Source: Phaeosaccion multiseriatum
Lineage: Eukaryota; Protista; Ochrophyta, other classes
NCBI GenBank assembly: GCA_965112735.1
Contig: OZ218957.1
Coordinates: 2,728,001-2,792,000 of the forward strand
Direction of reading: 5' to 3'
DNA: 64,000 nucleotides
Shown here: positions 1-12,929 of the stretch, one piece after another
Position numbering within the stretch: the stretch's first letter is position 1
Layout of the letters: each line of letters starts with the position of its first letter
The notes under the pieces: model-generated
The model's input: the letters and a program-made list of their open reading frames with translations, nothing else
The model's database searches: none
Told to the model about the DNA's origin: nothing
Translations under genes and position numbers: made by a program

Positions 1-1045
1 TGTGCTGCTGCCGCTGCTGCTGTTGTTGTTGTTGTTGTTGCTGTTGCTGCTGTTGCTCCTGGGCCAGGGCTTCCTCACTTCGCAGCAGGGGAAAGCTCGC
101 GGGGGCTCCTAGCTCCTGCCCCTCCTCGTCTTCATCCGGCCCCGTCGGAGTCGGCACGAGCGTGTCAAGGGGGAAATCACTGTAGGCTGTCAAGCTGTTC
201 GCCGTCGACTTTCGCCGTAGTAGGTCGAGTGTGTGGTTGGTGGCAGGGGCTCCAAAGACCGCGTCTTGTCGTGCTTTGGCCGCATCCAAGGGCTCTGTGC
301 TGTATGCAGAGGGTAGCACAGGAAGGTTGGGGATCTCTCGGATTCGCGCCATTATCATCTTAGGAGGGAGGGAGGGAGGGAGGGAGGGAGGGAGGGAGGG
401 AGAGGGAGAGAGGGAAGGGAGGGAGGAGAGGGAGGGGAGGGAGGGGGGAGAGAGAGAGGGGGGGGAGGAGGAGGGGGGAGAAAGAGAAAGAGAAGGGGGG
501 GGGGTGGGGGAGGAGAGAGACAGAGGAGAACAGCGGGGGTTGGACTGACTGAGCTACAAAATCTCTCTGCTCTTCTTGAAAGTGTATCGCATTTGCATGG
601 CAAACCTATGCTTTCCTTTGTCTCTGCTAGACCCTGCTGCTGCTTCTAAGGGTGGTGCAGTCACACACCATTCCGCGGAGTGGTAGACACAACGATAGCA
701 GCATGGCACAGCAGCATAGCGCGCAGCAAAGCTTCAGCAGGCCTTCCATACATCAAAGCCACACCAAACCCACTTTTGCGATAGCAACAGCTTCTTCCCA
801 AGAAAGAAGCCCCCTTCCCTACATACCTTCTGGTGGTCGAACTGTGTGATGTTCATCTGACTGAGGTTCTGTTGAAGGAGCTTGCGCAGCTTGTCCACCT
901 TCAGCGCTCTGCCCCTCTTGTCGCCCACATTAGTTAAGAGAGCTCCCCTATATTGCTTCAGCACATCCGCATTCTCAGACCCGATGAGCACGTCCGGGTC
1001 TATCAGCGCCCCCTCATTGGCGAATAATGTGGTGATGATCGGCAT
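1..1045 (-). CDS. Unknown protein, 3'-partial (exons 1045-827 and 358-<1)
   Basis: ORF MPIITTLFANEG...QFDHQK ends at an AAG|GTATGT donor. A TAAG| acceptor after a (TCCC)n tract gives an in-frame, stop-free exon (MIMARIREIPNLP...) running off the window. No family recognised. Confidence 0.55.
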
Positions 1046-1541
1046 CACTCTGATTGCTGTAGCCTTCTCTTCCCACCCTCGCTGAACGTTACGGAAAATG
1101 TGCAACTTGAAACTCAAACTCTACGTCTACTTCAAAAGTAGAGCTCTGCCAGATTTATTTCCGGCCGACTTCCTCTCTACTCCGACACTAACTTAACTCC
1201 CACTCTAAGCAAGCGTAGAGAAGAAGCTACAGTCTCGAAAAGGAGTGTATCACCTTCTTCTTCTCTCACGGACGAGAAGCTAGCGTACAATAACGTGCAC
1301 TGAGAGGGAAAGAGGCCTGTTGCCTCTACCACTCTCTTCGCTCTCGACTCCCCCTCTTTCCCTCTCTCTCTCTAGTCGGTAGGACTTCAGAGCTGGAGAG
1401 GCTTTGGGCCGTTTTTGGTGGGGGTGCATCAGAAGGGCTGGCTTCGATGCGGGGAGACGCAGCAGCAGCACCGCGCCGTGGGAGGTAGCAGTGATAACGT
1501 GAGGGAGGAGACCGGAAGGAGGTTGTAAACCAAGGGTGAGA

Positions 1542-4467
1542 ATGAGCGCCAGTGATGTGAACCGAGTGGTGCTGGCCTACCTGAAGCACCAGGGATTCGC
1601 CTCCGCACACGACAAGCTACAGGAGGAACTGAAAAGAGCAAAGGATGTGGGCGGAGGAGGAGCTGCTGCTGTGGCGGGGGCGTCAGTGGGTGGAGGTGGA
1701 GGTGTATTAACGTCTTCTGTACAAGAGTTCGCCGTGCGGCAGGGGGGCAGTATGACCCGAGCACAAGTGGGGGACGTGGTCCTTCACTGGGGGCTGCTAC
1801 AGGGGGACCCTGTCAATATCGAGAAGGCCCTCTCCACCCTGATGGACTGGATCACCGACTCCCTCCCTGCCTACCGCATGGAGCTGCAGAGCGTGGCCTT
1901 TCCGGTCTTTGCGCACTGCTACTTGGACCTAGTGGAGAAGGGATGCGGGACCCGAGAGGCAGCGAGGATGATGAACACATGGGGCAGAGACCACCGCGAG
2001 CACTTTGAGAGACAAGTGGCTGCGCTGAGAATTGTCACGGCGCCTGAACACATTGCGACTTCCGAGGTGTGCCAGCAGATCCTCACGCATCGCTTTCGGA
2101 TATCCCTGTGCCAGCACAGCTTCGAGCTGCTCAATACATTCCTGGTGAACTCCCGCCTGCTGCTCATTTCCAGCATCCTCAATAGGTGCATGTCGGTGGT
2201 GGTGGTGGACCGGCCTCCCAGGAATTTCTTCGAGCCCGCCGTGTGCGGCTCGTGGGAAGGAGCAGGTGCTCAGCAGCAGCAGCAACATCATGGGGGTGGT
2301 GGTGGTGCTGCTGCTGCCCCCCCAGTTGTGATTCCAGGGGGAGGGTCCGCGGAGCATGTCTCACAGGAGCCGCCTCCAAAGGTGGTGTGGGGCGCCCCTC
2401 CGTCTGATGAGGTTGCGCATCTGTTGGCGAGTGCCGCAGCGGCCAAGCCCTCTTCCGGGGCGAGAGCTGCAGTAGCAGGAGGTGGAGGGGCGGGTGGGGA
2501 TGCAGCAGCAGCAGCAGCAACAGCAGCAGGCGGCGCACAGCTCAAGCCCTTGCCTGTCTCAGCGCTCCCTCGCATGTCCAAACTGCCCTTCCTCAACTCG
2601 CCCTTCCACAGCGACCTTCTTCACAAGGTGGTGCTCCGGCCGCTGCACCCGAGCGTCTTGCAGCAAGCGGCGGTGGCCAATGGTCCGGCCAAGGGGCTCT
2701 TGACGGCGGCAGTAGCACCTCCGCCCTCACAAGGAGGAGGAGAGGAAGGAGGGGGAGGAGGAGGAGGGGGAGGAGGGGCCCCGGCGGCCAAGCGGCGCAG
2801 GCAGCAGCAGCAGCCTTTCCTTGCCGACCCCTCCGCCCCCTCTGTGCTCATGGCCACTTTTCTCAACACGCACGGCACGCTCAACTGTGTGGAGCTCACG
2901 CCGGACGGTACTGTGGCAGCTGCGGGCTTTGACGACCATCGGTGTAGGGTATGGCATCTTGACAGCGGAAGCGTGGAGGGAGGAGGGGGAGGGGGAGGAG
3001 GAGGAGGAGACGGGAGTAGCAGTGGGGATGGTGTGAGTGGTAGTAGAGAGGTGGATGACGGGCCGCTGAGTCTGACGGGGCACTGTAAGCCTGTGTACGC
3101 CGTCTCGTGGAGCCCCGAGAAGCGACACCTGCTCACCGCGTCCGGCGATGGGGACGTAAGGCTCTGGGATGTGGGGGGTAGGCCCCGCGGGGTAGGCAGC
3201 AGCAGCAGCAGCAGCGGTCATATGGGCAGCAGCGGCGGCGGCAGGAGGGGTCTCTCACACAGCCTCGTGACCTACAGGGGCCACTGCTGCCCTGTATGGG
3301 ATGTGAGTTTCAGTCCGGTGGGGTACTACTTTGCCACCGCCGCTGCCGACCGAACCGTGCGACTGTGGAGCACGGACACGGGTCAAGCACTCCGCCTTAT
3401 GGTTGGGCATTTGAGCGACGTGAACGCAGTGACGTTTCATCCCAATTGCAACTACCTCTTGTCGGGTGGTGACGACAACACGCTGCGGTTGTGGGATGTG
3501 CAGACGGGGGAGTACGTTCGGACCTTCACGGGCACATCGGCTCCGGTGTGCTCTCTAGCACTGTGCCCTACTTCTAGACATGTGGCGGCAGGGAGGTGAG
3601 TGGGTTGGGGGAGTGAGTGAAGGAGGGAGGGGGGGAGGGAGGGAGGGAGGGAGGGAGGGAGGGAGGGAGGGAGAGAGGGATATACTGCAGTTGTGAGGGA
3701 ATGAGGGAGGGAGGGGCTGACTGGCTGACTGACGGAGTGAGGGAGGGGGTGAACACGCGGTGAGCACCCTCGGTGTTTGTAGTTTCAGTTTCACTCTTGA
3801 CTCAGGAAAAGATCATTCTCGGACAGCAGCGCGCCTTCTTGGCGCCTATTGAGTGAAACCCCATTGCCTTCCCGTGCTCTACACACTAAACTCTCTCTCT
3901 CACATCTCTCCATCTCTCTTGAATTGTCATGACCCCCATGCCAATTTCCTTCCCTGCACCTCCCCCCTCCTTCCCCTTCCCTCTCCCCCCCCCCCTCCTC
4001 CCCCTTCCCCCCTCCCCCACGGCAGCACGGACGGCACTATCCGAGTGTGGGACATTGCCTCAGGCCGGCCGACCGCCCTCATGAAGGGGCACGGCGACAG
4101 GGTGGAGCAGCTCGACTTTAGCGTGGAGGGAAGCACCCTGGCCAGCGGTGGTACGGACGGGCTAGTCATGACCTGGGATATCAACCAACTCAAGAAGGCC
4201 GGAAGTAGTAGCAGCAGCAGTAGCGGCAGTGGTGGGGCAGGGGTGGCAGGGGTAGTAGGAGGGACAGGGTGGAGGGAAGAGCAGAGAGTGCTGGGAGCCA
4301 GCCACGTGTTCGCCACCAAAGACACCGCGGTGCACTCGTTGCGCTGGTCTGCAAACAACCTGCTGCTCGCGGCGGGGGCCTTCCACGTGGAGGCCAAGGC
4401 AGGGGCAGGGGCAGGGGCAGTGGCAGGGGTAGGGGAGGGGCGCTTCCAGCGGTATGGCTTGGGCTAA
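1542..4467 (+). CDS. TAF5: Transcription initiation factor TFIID subunit 5 (exons 1542-3595, 4026-4467)
   Basis: LisH-like N-terminus (VNRVVLAYLKHQGF), NTD2 (ELQSVAFPVFAHCYLDLV) and WD40 repeats (YRGHCCPVWDVSFSPVGYYFATAAADRTVRLWS, MVGHLSDVNAVTFHPNCNY). A GT-AG intron restores AAGSTDGTIRVWD. Confidence 0.93.
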
Positions 4468-5042
4468 CTTGGCTTGCTTAGGCCTGGGCTGGGGCTCGGA
4501 CTAGGGCTCTGTGTACGGCTCGAAGGTGGGCTGACTGTGCTGGGCAGCTGGGAAGAGGGACCTTGACGCTGTGGATGATGTATTGAATCGATGGATCTCA
4601 TCGAATCAGACTAACTAGGAGCAAAGACAGCGGAATAGATAATACTATTTGTTACTTGGAGAGCCGTCAGCTGCCCCGTTTACTGCGTACTTGCTTTGAA
4701 AGAGGGCTCTCTCCAGGTGGAGTCACAAAGTAGAAACACAAAACGTCACAGTACATACATAGAAGGAAGAGTGCATCGTTGAAGACGCAGCAACGGTTCC
4801 GTAAGACAAGGGAAGAAGAAGGGATGTATAGGCAGGGGGCGAAAAAGGATGAGAATTTTCACGCAACAACAAAATCTAATAATAAGAAGAAAAAAAGAAA
4901 AACCAGACTCTAAAAACCGGAACAAATACCAAACGGGCGAGGGGCAGCAGTCACCTCTGCTAAGCACAGCCCCAACCCGACTCCTCATGATGTATCATCA
5001 TCATCAGTCCTTCGGCACCATCACCATCATTTGTCACCATCG

Positions 5043-6327
5043 TCATGCCTTCTTCCTGTTGTGCGTCATGTGTGCCCGTACGAGCTGATTGGACGCCAGC
5101 GCCGCCACAAGGCTCAGCTCCCCCGCCAGCACCGTCGCTGCCACCATCATCGACATCTCCTTGGCATTGTCTCCGGGGGCGAGCGGCTCCTTGGACGCCC
5201 CGCGGCATCCCATCACGTCCAGACACGCAGCCTGCGCCGGCAGAGATGTGCCGCCCCCAACGGTGCCAACCTCGATGGACGGCATGTTGACTGACACAAG
5301 CAAGTCTCCATTGTCCATTGCCTCCATGATCGTCATGCAAGTCGAGGACTCAACGTTCTGGGCCGGGTCCTGCCCCGTGGCCAAAAAGACGGCGGTTACA
5401 ATGTTGCTGGCGTGGGCGTTGAAACCGCCCAGCGCGCCGGCCATGGCGCTTCCAATGAGGTTCTTTTGAATGTTGGTCTCCACCATGGCCCGCACCGTGG
5501 TCTTGAGCGTGCTCTCCACATAGACACCGGGGATGCGAACCTCGCACACGACACTCTTTCCCCTCCCCTCGATCCAGTTGATGGCGGCGGGCTTCTTGTC
5601 CGTGCACATGTTGCCAGAGATGGCAATCAATTCCATGTCGGGGAAACCGTGCTCCAACACCTCCATCACCGCCAGGCAACCTTTGCTAATCATGTTCATG
5701 CCCATGGCATCTCCGCTGAAGCACACAAAGCGCGTGTACACGTTGCGCCCGGCCACCGTCACCCCCACGCTCTTGAGCTTGCCAAAAGAGGTGGTCGACT
5801 CGAAGGCCTCTCGTACAGTTTCAAAGTTGTCCGGGTCCTCCATCCACTGCTTCAGCTCCGCCGCGCGCATGGCAGAGGGCATACGCAGACAGGGTGCCCG
5901 TGTAATGCCATCCTTGAGCACAGCAGCTTGCGCCCCTCCCCCCTGCGAAATGGCCTTGCAGCCGCGGTTGGTGGACGCCACCAAGCAGCCCTCGGTGGTA
6001 GCCATGGGCACGTACGTCTCCTTGCCGTTAAGCAGCAGCGGCCCCACGATACCCACGGGAAGGGGCACGTATCCGCACACAATTTCACAATTGGCGCCCA
6101 GCACGCGGTCGTAGTCAAAGTGGTCCATGGGCAGCGTGTCCAGCGACTTGCCTAACTTGCCCTCGAACATCTTGCGGCGCACCAGCACGGCGCGGTGGCA
6201 GTCGCCCAGTTTGGCCTCCAGTTGGTGGTCCTTGATCTTGGCGGCCTTGACACAAGCAATAATCTCATCGTCGGTCATCTCTGCGTAGTCATCTCCCTCT
6301 GGCACCGCGGCGAGCGGCTCTGGTCTT

Positions 6328-6359
<32 letters not shown>

Positions 6360-7520
6360 CTGCTCTTCTTGCTCGTCCTCTACCTGCAGGGCCCCCGGAA
6401 TCTCCACGGAGCACATGGCGTTGCTGTTGTCCCCCTTGCTGCTGTTGCTGCTGCTGCTGCTGCTGACACTGCCGCTGGGGCTGCTGCTGGCGCTGCTGCT
6501 GGCGCTGCTGCTGTCCTGCTCCTGCCGAGCGAGATGGCTGTCCAGGTGCGAGAGACCAAAGCTGCTGGGGCTGCGCATAATGGCATTCATGTCAAGGAAA
6601 GAAATGCCAAAGAAGCCAAAGAAGTAGGCCATGCAGAAGCTCCAAATCACCACAATGGGCACCAGCTGCACCCCTCCGTTGCGCTTGTCGTCCCGCGCAA
6701 AGGACTGGTAGTTGAACATCACATAGGTGATAGAGGTGATGAATGTCCCAATGACAAAGTAGTTGAGCGTCCGGAGCACCTCCCAGCGGGGGCGGGGCTC
6801 CTTGCTTGGCTTGGCGGGACTGTCCCTGCCGCTCTCGCCCTCCCCATCCGCCAGGCTGCTGGGGTTGTTGGTGAAGAGGCGCGTGAGGACGCAGAACACC
6901 AGGATGCAGGTGGAAGCCACGCCGAGGCTGAAGAAGTTCTCGATTATGAAGATGGCTGTCTCCAGCAGCATCTGCATACAGGGGAGTGGGGAGTGGGTGG
7001 GAGGAAGGGCGGGGGGTGTTCAAAAAAGGACAGGGTCAGGGGTGCAGGAGTCAAGAGAGCTGGCTCGTAGTGCTTAGAAGATGGGGAGGATCCAGGAGAA
7101 CAAACCGACTATGTGAAGGGTTGGGGAGTGGAGAAGTGTGGGAGTGGCGAACAACTTCGGGGTGCCGTTAAATGGGTTCTGCCGGCGTTGCAACAGTTGC
7201 AAGCCGCGGCGTAGCGGCGCGTAAAGGAGAGGAGAGCAGAGCAGAGCAGTTGCAGGAGGCAGCATGGCACACATACAGCACACAGCAGGCAGCTCCAACG
7301 TCAAGCGCAAGGCGTGCAGCACAGTCTCAGAATCGTGCAAACCGTTCTTGTCGCGTCATCAGGTCAGCCCCTCCTCTGCCTCTGAGGTGTCCCCCAGCCG
7401 CCACCGCACCTTCTGAGCGAGCCCTCCCTCAAGCGTGTACCCGTCCGCGCCCCCTGACCCTCCCGCTGGCGCTGCCGCTGCCCCAGCGGCGCCTCCGGCG
7501 CTGAACCCGTCCATGGCCAT
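5043..7520 (-). CDS. HMGR: Class I HMG-CoA reductase (exons 7520-7410, 6971-5043)
   Basis: Motifs [44 protein letters not shown] and the C-terminal catalytic His (HMTHNR). Hydrophobic N-terminal membrane segments. The 111-nt first exon joins in phase 0. Confidence 0.96.
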
Positions 7521-7817
7521 GCTCCGCTACTCGCACCGGAAGCGCTGCAAAGAACAATAAAGGGGGCGCAGCACAGCGGCCGCAAGGCCTGGAGCAGTGG
7601 TGCACAGCACCTCCCTTTGGCGTGGGCGACCAACCTGTTTCAATACACCCCCTCTTCTTCTTGTGCAACGTTCTCGACCCTGACCAGCAAACAAATCAGA
7701 TTTCAATCGTGGCTCCATCCATATGCTTTTCTCCCCAAGGGGGTGCGCGCTTGCGTTCGTTGGGCAGAGCGACTGTGTGTGTTTGTTTTGTTAAGCCGTC
7801 CCTTGTGCCTGTAGACC

Positions 7818-9682
7818 ATGACTTACACCGGCGGCTTCAAGTCCCTCTCCCTCCCGCAGCAGGCCTTCAACCCTGCCCTGCTTCGCCTGCAGCAAAAGTC
7901 GTTGAGGTAAGAGGACGAGGCCACGAGGGGAGGTGGAGAAAGGTGAAGGGGAGGTGCGGTGGGGAGGAGGAGGAGGAGGCGTTGAGCGTGCATCTCGATA
8001 GCCTGCTGGAAGGGAGAGAGAGGTGATCGACTTCTTCTGAAGGAGAGCCGAGCTTGAGGGGCGGTGGTGGGTGTGGTAGGGATGAGATGCGAAGATTCGG
8101 GCGGAGGTTTCAGCGAACAAGACTTTGTGGGCCAGCAGAAGAGGGTGCGGGGAGAGTGCTCACCCATACTAAAGCAGACAAACGTCCTTGCTGTGTCCCA
8201 GTGTGGCTACTACACCCTCCCCAGCCCTCTTCTTTCTCCCCGTCTTCATGTCATGATGCCTCCCATTTGAGCCGCACATAGGGACAAACACACGAACGTG
8301 TACGTGGCCCACATAATTTTTGATTACGACCCCAACTCGCCAGTCCACTGCCTCTTCCCTCCTCCTGTGTCGCTGCTGTATCGCTGCTGCCCCCCTCGTG
8401 TGCTGTTCTCGCCCGTCGACTTGGTCCGCGAAACCCTGGTGGACTGCCTCCCTGTATTCCCCCCCTCTCCTCGCTCCTCTTCTCTTCCACTCATGGCCCT
8501 TCTCCCGCTCCCTAACTCACCTTCTTTCCCACCCCACACCAACTACCTGCTTCCCCAAATACTATCTCCTTCTACCCCTCTATGACAAATTTCCCTCTGC
8601 TACCACGGCGCAAAACCCCCCGCCCCCCCCTCTCTACTACACACACACACACGCACCCTCCATTACACCACACCTTCACCACAACTTCTCTGACCCGCGC
8701 AATGACTTAATGGGAGAGCAGTCAGGACCGCCGAGTCATCGCCACCTCCTCCGCAGCCTCTGGCGAGAAATGGAACAGCGCCATGTCGCACGACCCCATC
8801 CACGACACCTCGTACTACCTAAAGTGCATGCTCGGAGGTATCCTTTCCTGCGGCCTCACCCACACCATGGTCACCCCCCTTGACGTGGCCAAGTGCAACA
8901 TGCAGTTCAATCCCACCAAGTACACCAGCCTCATCTCCACCGTGCGCACCATTGCCGCGGAGGAGGGCACCATGCAGCTCTTCAAGGGGTGGCTGCCCAC
9001 CTTGTTTGGCTACTCCGCCCAGGGACTCTTCAAGTTCGGCTTGTATGAGTTCTTCAAGGATTTCTACTCCACCCAGGTCGGGGAGGAGAACGCGTACAAG
9101 TACCGAGGACAGATCTTCCTCGCCGGGTCCGCCTCGGCCGAGTTTTTCGCGGATATTGCACTGTGCCCCATGGAGATGGTCAAGGTCAAGGTGCAGACCT
9201 CGCCCGCGGGTACCTTCCCCACGGCCTTCGGACCGGCCCTTGCTGAGATGAGGAACAACGCCGCTCAGTACAAGTTCCCCTTCGGCTCGGTGACTCCCCT
9301 CTGGTCTCGGCAGATCCCTTACACCATGGCCAAGTTCTACTTCTTCGAGAAGGTGGTGGAGGCCTTTTACACACACGTCTTCACCAAGCCTCGCTCCGAG
9401 TACACCAAGGGCACGCAGCTGGGCATCACCTTCGCCTCCGGTTACACCGCCGGAGTGATTTGCGCCATTGTGTCACACCCCGCCGACACGGTTGTGTCCA
9501 AGATGGGTAAGGGAGGCAAGAGCGCCATGGAGGTGTTCAACGAGCTGGGCATTAGAGGCGTATGGGGCGGGCTGGGCACACGAGTCATCATGATCGGCAC
9601 CCTGACCGGTCTGCAGTGGTACATTTACGACGGTTTCAAGACCGCCATGGGCATGGGCGCCTCGGGCGGAGCCAAGAAGTAA
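7818..9682 (+). CDS. Mitochondrial phosphate carrier, SLC25A3/MIR1 family (exons 7818-7906, 8722-9682)
   Basis: CGLTHTMVTPLDVAKCNMQ, GYSAQGLFKFGLYEFFK, PLWSRQIPYTMAKF, SHPADTVVSK, RVIMIGTLTGLQWYIYD. A phase-2 intron joins an N-terminal extension in frame. Confidence 0.94.
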
Positions 9683-10836
9683 AGCAACCCCTGCTATACA
9701 GCATAGCACAGCGTGGTGCGTCACTGCTTGGCACAGCTCGGCACGAAGAAGGAGAAAGAAGGCGACAGCGTGGCCGAGGCGAGGTGTGGGGGGAGGGAGG
9801 GGAGGAGGGAATCCGCCTTGGAGGAGCGCAGAGAAGAAGCAGCAGCAGCAGCAGCAGCAGCAAGCAGCAGCAGCAGCAACAACAGCAGCGGTAGTACCAG
9901 CAGTGGCGGCGACGGCAACAGCAGCGGCAGGGGCGGCAGGTATTAGCGTTGTGCGGGGTGGGTGGATGTGTGCTCACCCCAACACATCTGATTCATCGTG
10001 ATTGTCTATGTGTACGTGCGGGAGCAGAGTGGCGTAGTGGCGGAGTGGTCGGTTGATTTTTGAGTGAAGCAGTAGCACTGCTCTGCACTACGGCTGGATT
10101 GGCATTATGTTGGGGCATAGAGGTAGATAGATATATGTCTCCCTCCCTCCCTCCCTCCCTCCCTCGCCGCCTGCGCTTCTCTTCTCCCCTCCCCTCCGAC
10201 AAGGCTGAATGTCCGTCGAAAACCACACGACCGATGCTCACTTGTTGCTGCTTTTGTGTCGTGAACCTATATTCCATCCATCCACCCATTCATTCATTCC
10301 ATAATAACCTCCATATTTTTGTTGCCGACGGGGCATAGGCAAGGGTAGCGCAAAAAAAAAAAAAAATTTAGAACGAAAAATGTGTATCTCCCTTCCGTGC
10401 AAAGGCACCATAAAACTCCGATCGTTGACCACGAAAGGACTGAGGAATACACAGCGAACAGAATGAAGGAATGAGTATTTTAGAAACCTTCCGCCGTGAG
10501 GAAGGGGGGGGAGGGAAGATTTTCTCTACACTTAATTCTTAATTGTACCTACACGCGCGTTCAATCAGAAAACCAGCCGTTGTATCACCAACTGCTCCTC
10601 CTCCTCCTCCTCCTCCTGCAGCTGCTGCTGTCCCCATCTGACGTGCCCCCCCCAATGAGAAGTTGTTCTCTTTCTAGCCTCACAGGGCATTCATTGCCCC
10701 CACCCTCGGTCACGTCGGATAGAGTCCATTGGGGGCCGAGGAGGCGATGGTCCAGGCAAAGGTGCCACTACCACCCCCACCACAACCCTTGGGTATACTT
10801 ACAAGGGCCCGTCCTCCCCCTCCTCCTCCAATTCAA

Positions 10837-11147
10837 TCACCTCCGCCCCAGCCCTTCCTTCCCCCCCTTCCCCTCCTCCCCCTCCTGCTCCAGCTCCTCC
10901 TCATCCTCATCCCCCCCCTCCTGCTCCAGTTCCTCCCTCTCCCTCTTCTTGTCGCCAACGAATCTCCACCAGCGCCGTCCTAGGGGGGGCGTGGCCGTGA
11001 TGGTGAAGATGGTCCTTAGAGGCCCAGTCACAAGCGTGCACGCATAGGCCACCGCCAAAGTGCCCGCGGTTGGGTCAGCTGAGGCCTGGGACTACGCAAT
11101 ACAGTACCATAAAATTCCATTAACAGAGGCAGCGAGAATAGTGGGTG

Positions 11148-11191
<44 letters not shown>

Positions 11192-12639
11192 TAGTAGTAG
11201 CAGCAGCAGAAAAGCAGCACAAACAGCACAAACAGCGCGACAGTCAGGGAGGGGGAAGAGAGTGAGAAAAGGGGCAGCAAAGCCAACTCTCAACGGTCAG
11301 TCAATTGTGTGTACAGGGCAGGGCAGCAAGCTGCAGTGAAGCCCATCTTTTCTTGCACCAGTCAGCCAACCCAACCCAAACCAAACCAATCCAACCAACT
11401 CCGCGTACTCTCACTGACCTTGAGGAAGGGGAGGTAGGTGTGAATGATGGACGTTACATCCACGCCATGTTTGATAGTGGCGTACATGCCTCCAAACGTT
11501 GCGACAAAGCCTGTAGTGTGCAGGGCGATTGCCACGCTGCCGTACCTCTTGATGAGTCTCTTCATGGCCGCTGGGTCCAGCTTGGCCCGAAGCTGCGCGA
11601 GTCTGCTCCGGTTGCTACCGCTCGCTGCGGGCTTTCCTTCACGCTCTCCTTCCCGGCTCCCTTTTGTTGATGACGGTGTTGCTGCTGTTGCTACTGTTGC
11701 TGCATCTCTTGCTTGTTTCTGCTGTTGCTGCTGTTCTCGTCCTTGTTCCTTCTGCTTTTCCTTTCTCACCGAGTCATCCTGCCCGGTGCTTGTGCTGCTG
11801 CTACCCCGCAAAGGAGAGCACCCCACGACGGACGCCTGGCCCGGTCCCACTCCGCCGTGTCCACCCGGTCCCTCGCTCACTCTTCGACCCCGCTTGAGGC
11901 TGGGGAAGGCTGGGAGAGGGCCCAGAGACGGGGGCGACAAGCGGTGGTCGGTGCAGGAGCCAGAGTCTGTCGACAGGGCGCGGCGGCAGCTCCTTCCCCA
12001 GCCACGGAACAAGGGTACGGCAGCCACGTTCTCTCTCATCGACCTCACTCCCCCATCCTCGCCGGCGGTGCGCGCGCGTACTCGGCGATAGGTGGAGTAG
12101 AAGTGGGCATCGCTGCTGCTGTTGTGGTCACGTGGGTAGGGTGGGGGCAGGGCATGGGACGGCGGGGGGCGGGGGCGAGGGAGGACAAGAGGATAAGGCC
12201 GCGCAGTCAGGGGCGCAGACAAAGGCTATGAGCAAGCTTCCTTGCCCGACAGGGGATACATGTACAAAAAGAGCTTTATGAAGTGTTGGGGCAAGGGGCG
12301 GGGAATGAATATGAGAGAACAGAGAAAAAATGATAGTTTGAAGAAGATGTGGCAAAGCTGCGACGGCATAAGAGCACGCAGGGCGAGAAGTACGGCAAGA
12401 GCACGGCAAGTACATTGTACTCATCGAGCTGCCATGTTGGTACATTTTCACCGATGGGCTCCGATCAGGGCCAGAGAAAGATCTGCCGTCTAAATATAGC
12501 AAACAACGAAGAGCGGTCCTGTCGAGAGGGCTCACCTGCTACTCAGCTCCTTAGTAGGTCTGCTGCAGCTGCTGCCCAGTCCGCGGTGTCGGCAAGCACG
12601 ACTTGAGCACGTGCGAATGAATAACCTTCTCGAGCTCAT
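10837..12639 (-). CDS. FAM210/DUF1279-family protein, probably mitochondrial (exons 12639-12536, 12118-11419, 11085-10837)
   Basis: MKRLIKRYGSVAIALH...IKHGVDV...DPTAGTLAVAYACTLVTGPLRTIFTITATP matches DUF1279. Arg/Ser-rich presequence MSSRRLFIRTCSSRACR. Splice phases are consistent. Confidence 0.8.
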
Positions 12640-12929
12640 GAGATCTTCCTTCTCCCCGAACAAGTACGCGAGTCGCTCGACAAGTGAAAGTGCAAGCAGC
12701 ACCTCCAAGTCCGTGTCGCCTTCAATAGCTACTGTTGATTGGGGTGTAGTGGGCTCTCCATTTCGGGAGGGAGGGCTTCTTGCAATGTCGTCAGGGGCGG
12801 GCACGGGGGCGGCGCGGCGATGTCGCAGTGAAGACGGTCACAGATGGATTTGGACACCCACCATGGCAACATTGCGGTCCGAGGAAATGAAGATGAAGGA
12901 AGGAAGGAAATAAGGATTATCAAATAAGC

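Noticed and set aside
3596-3599. Premature TGA or readthrough in TAF5
   Set aside because: The TGA is part of the GTGAGT splice donor.
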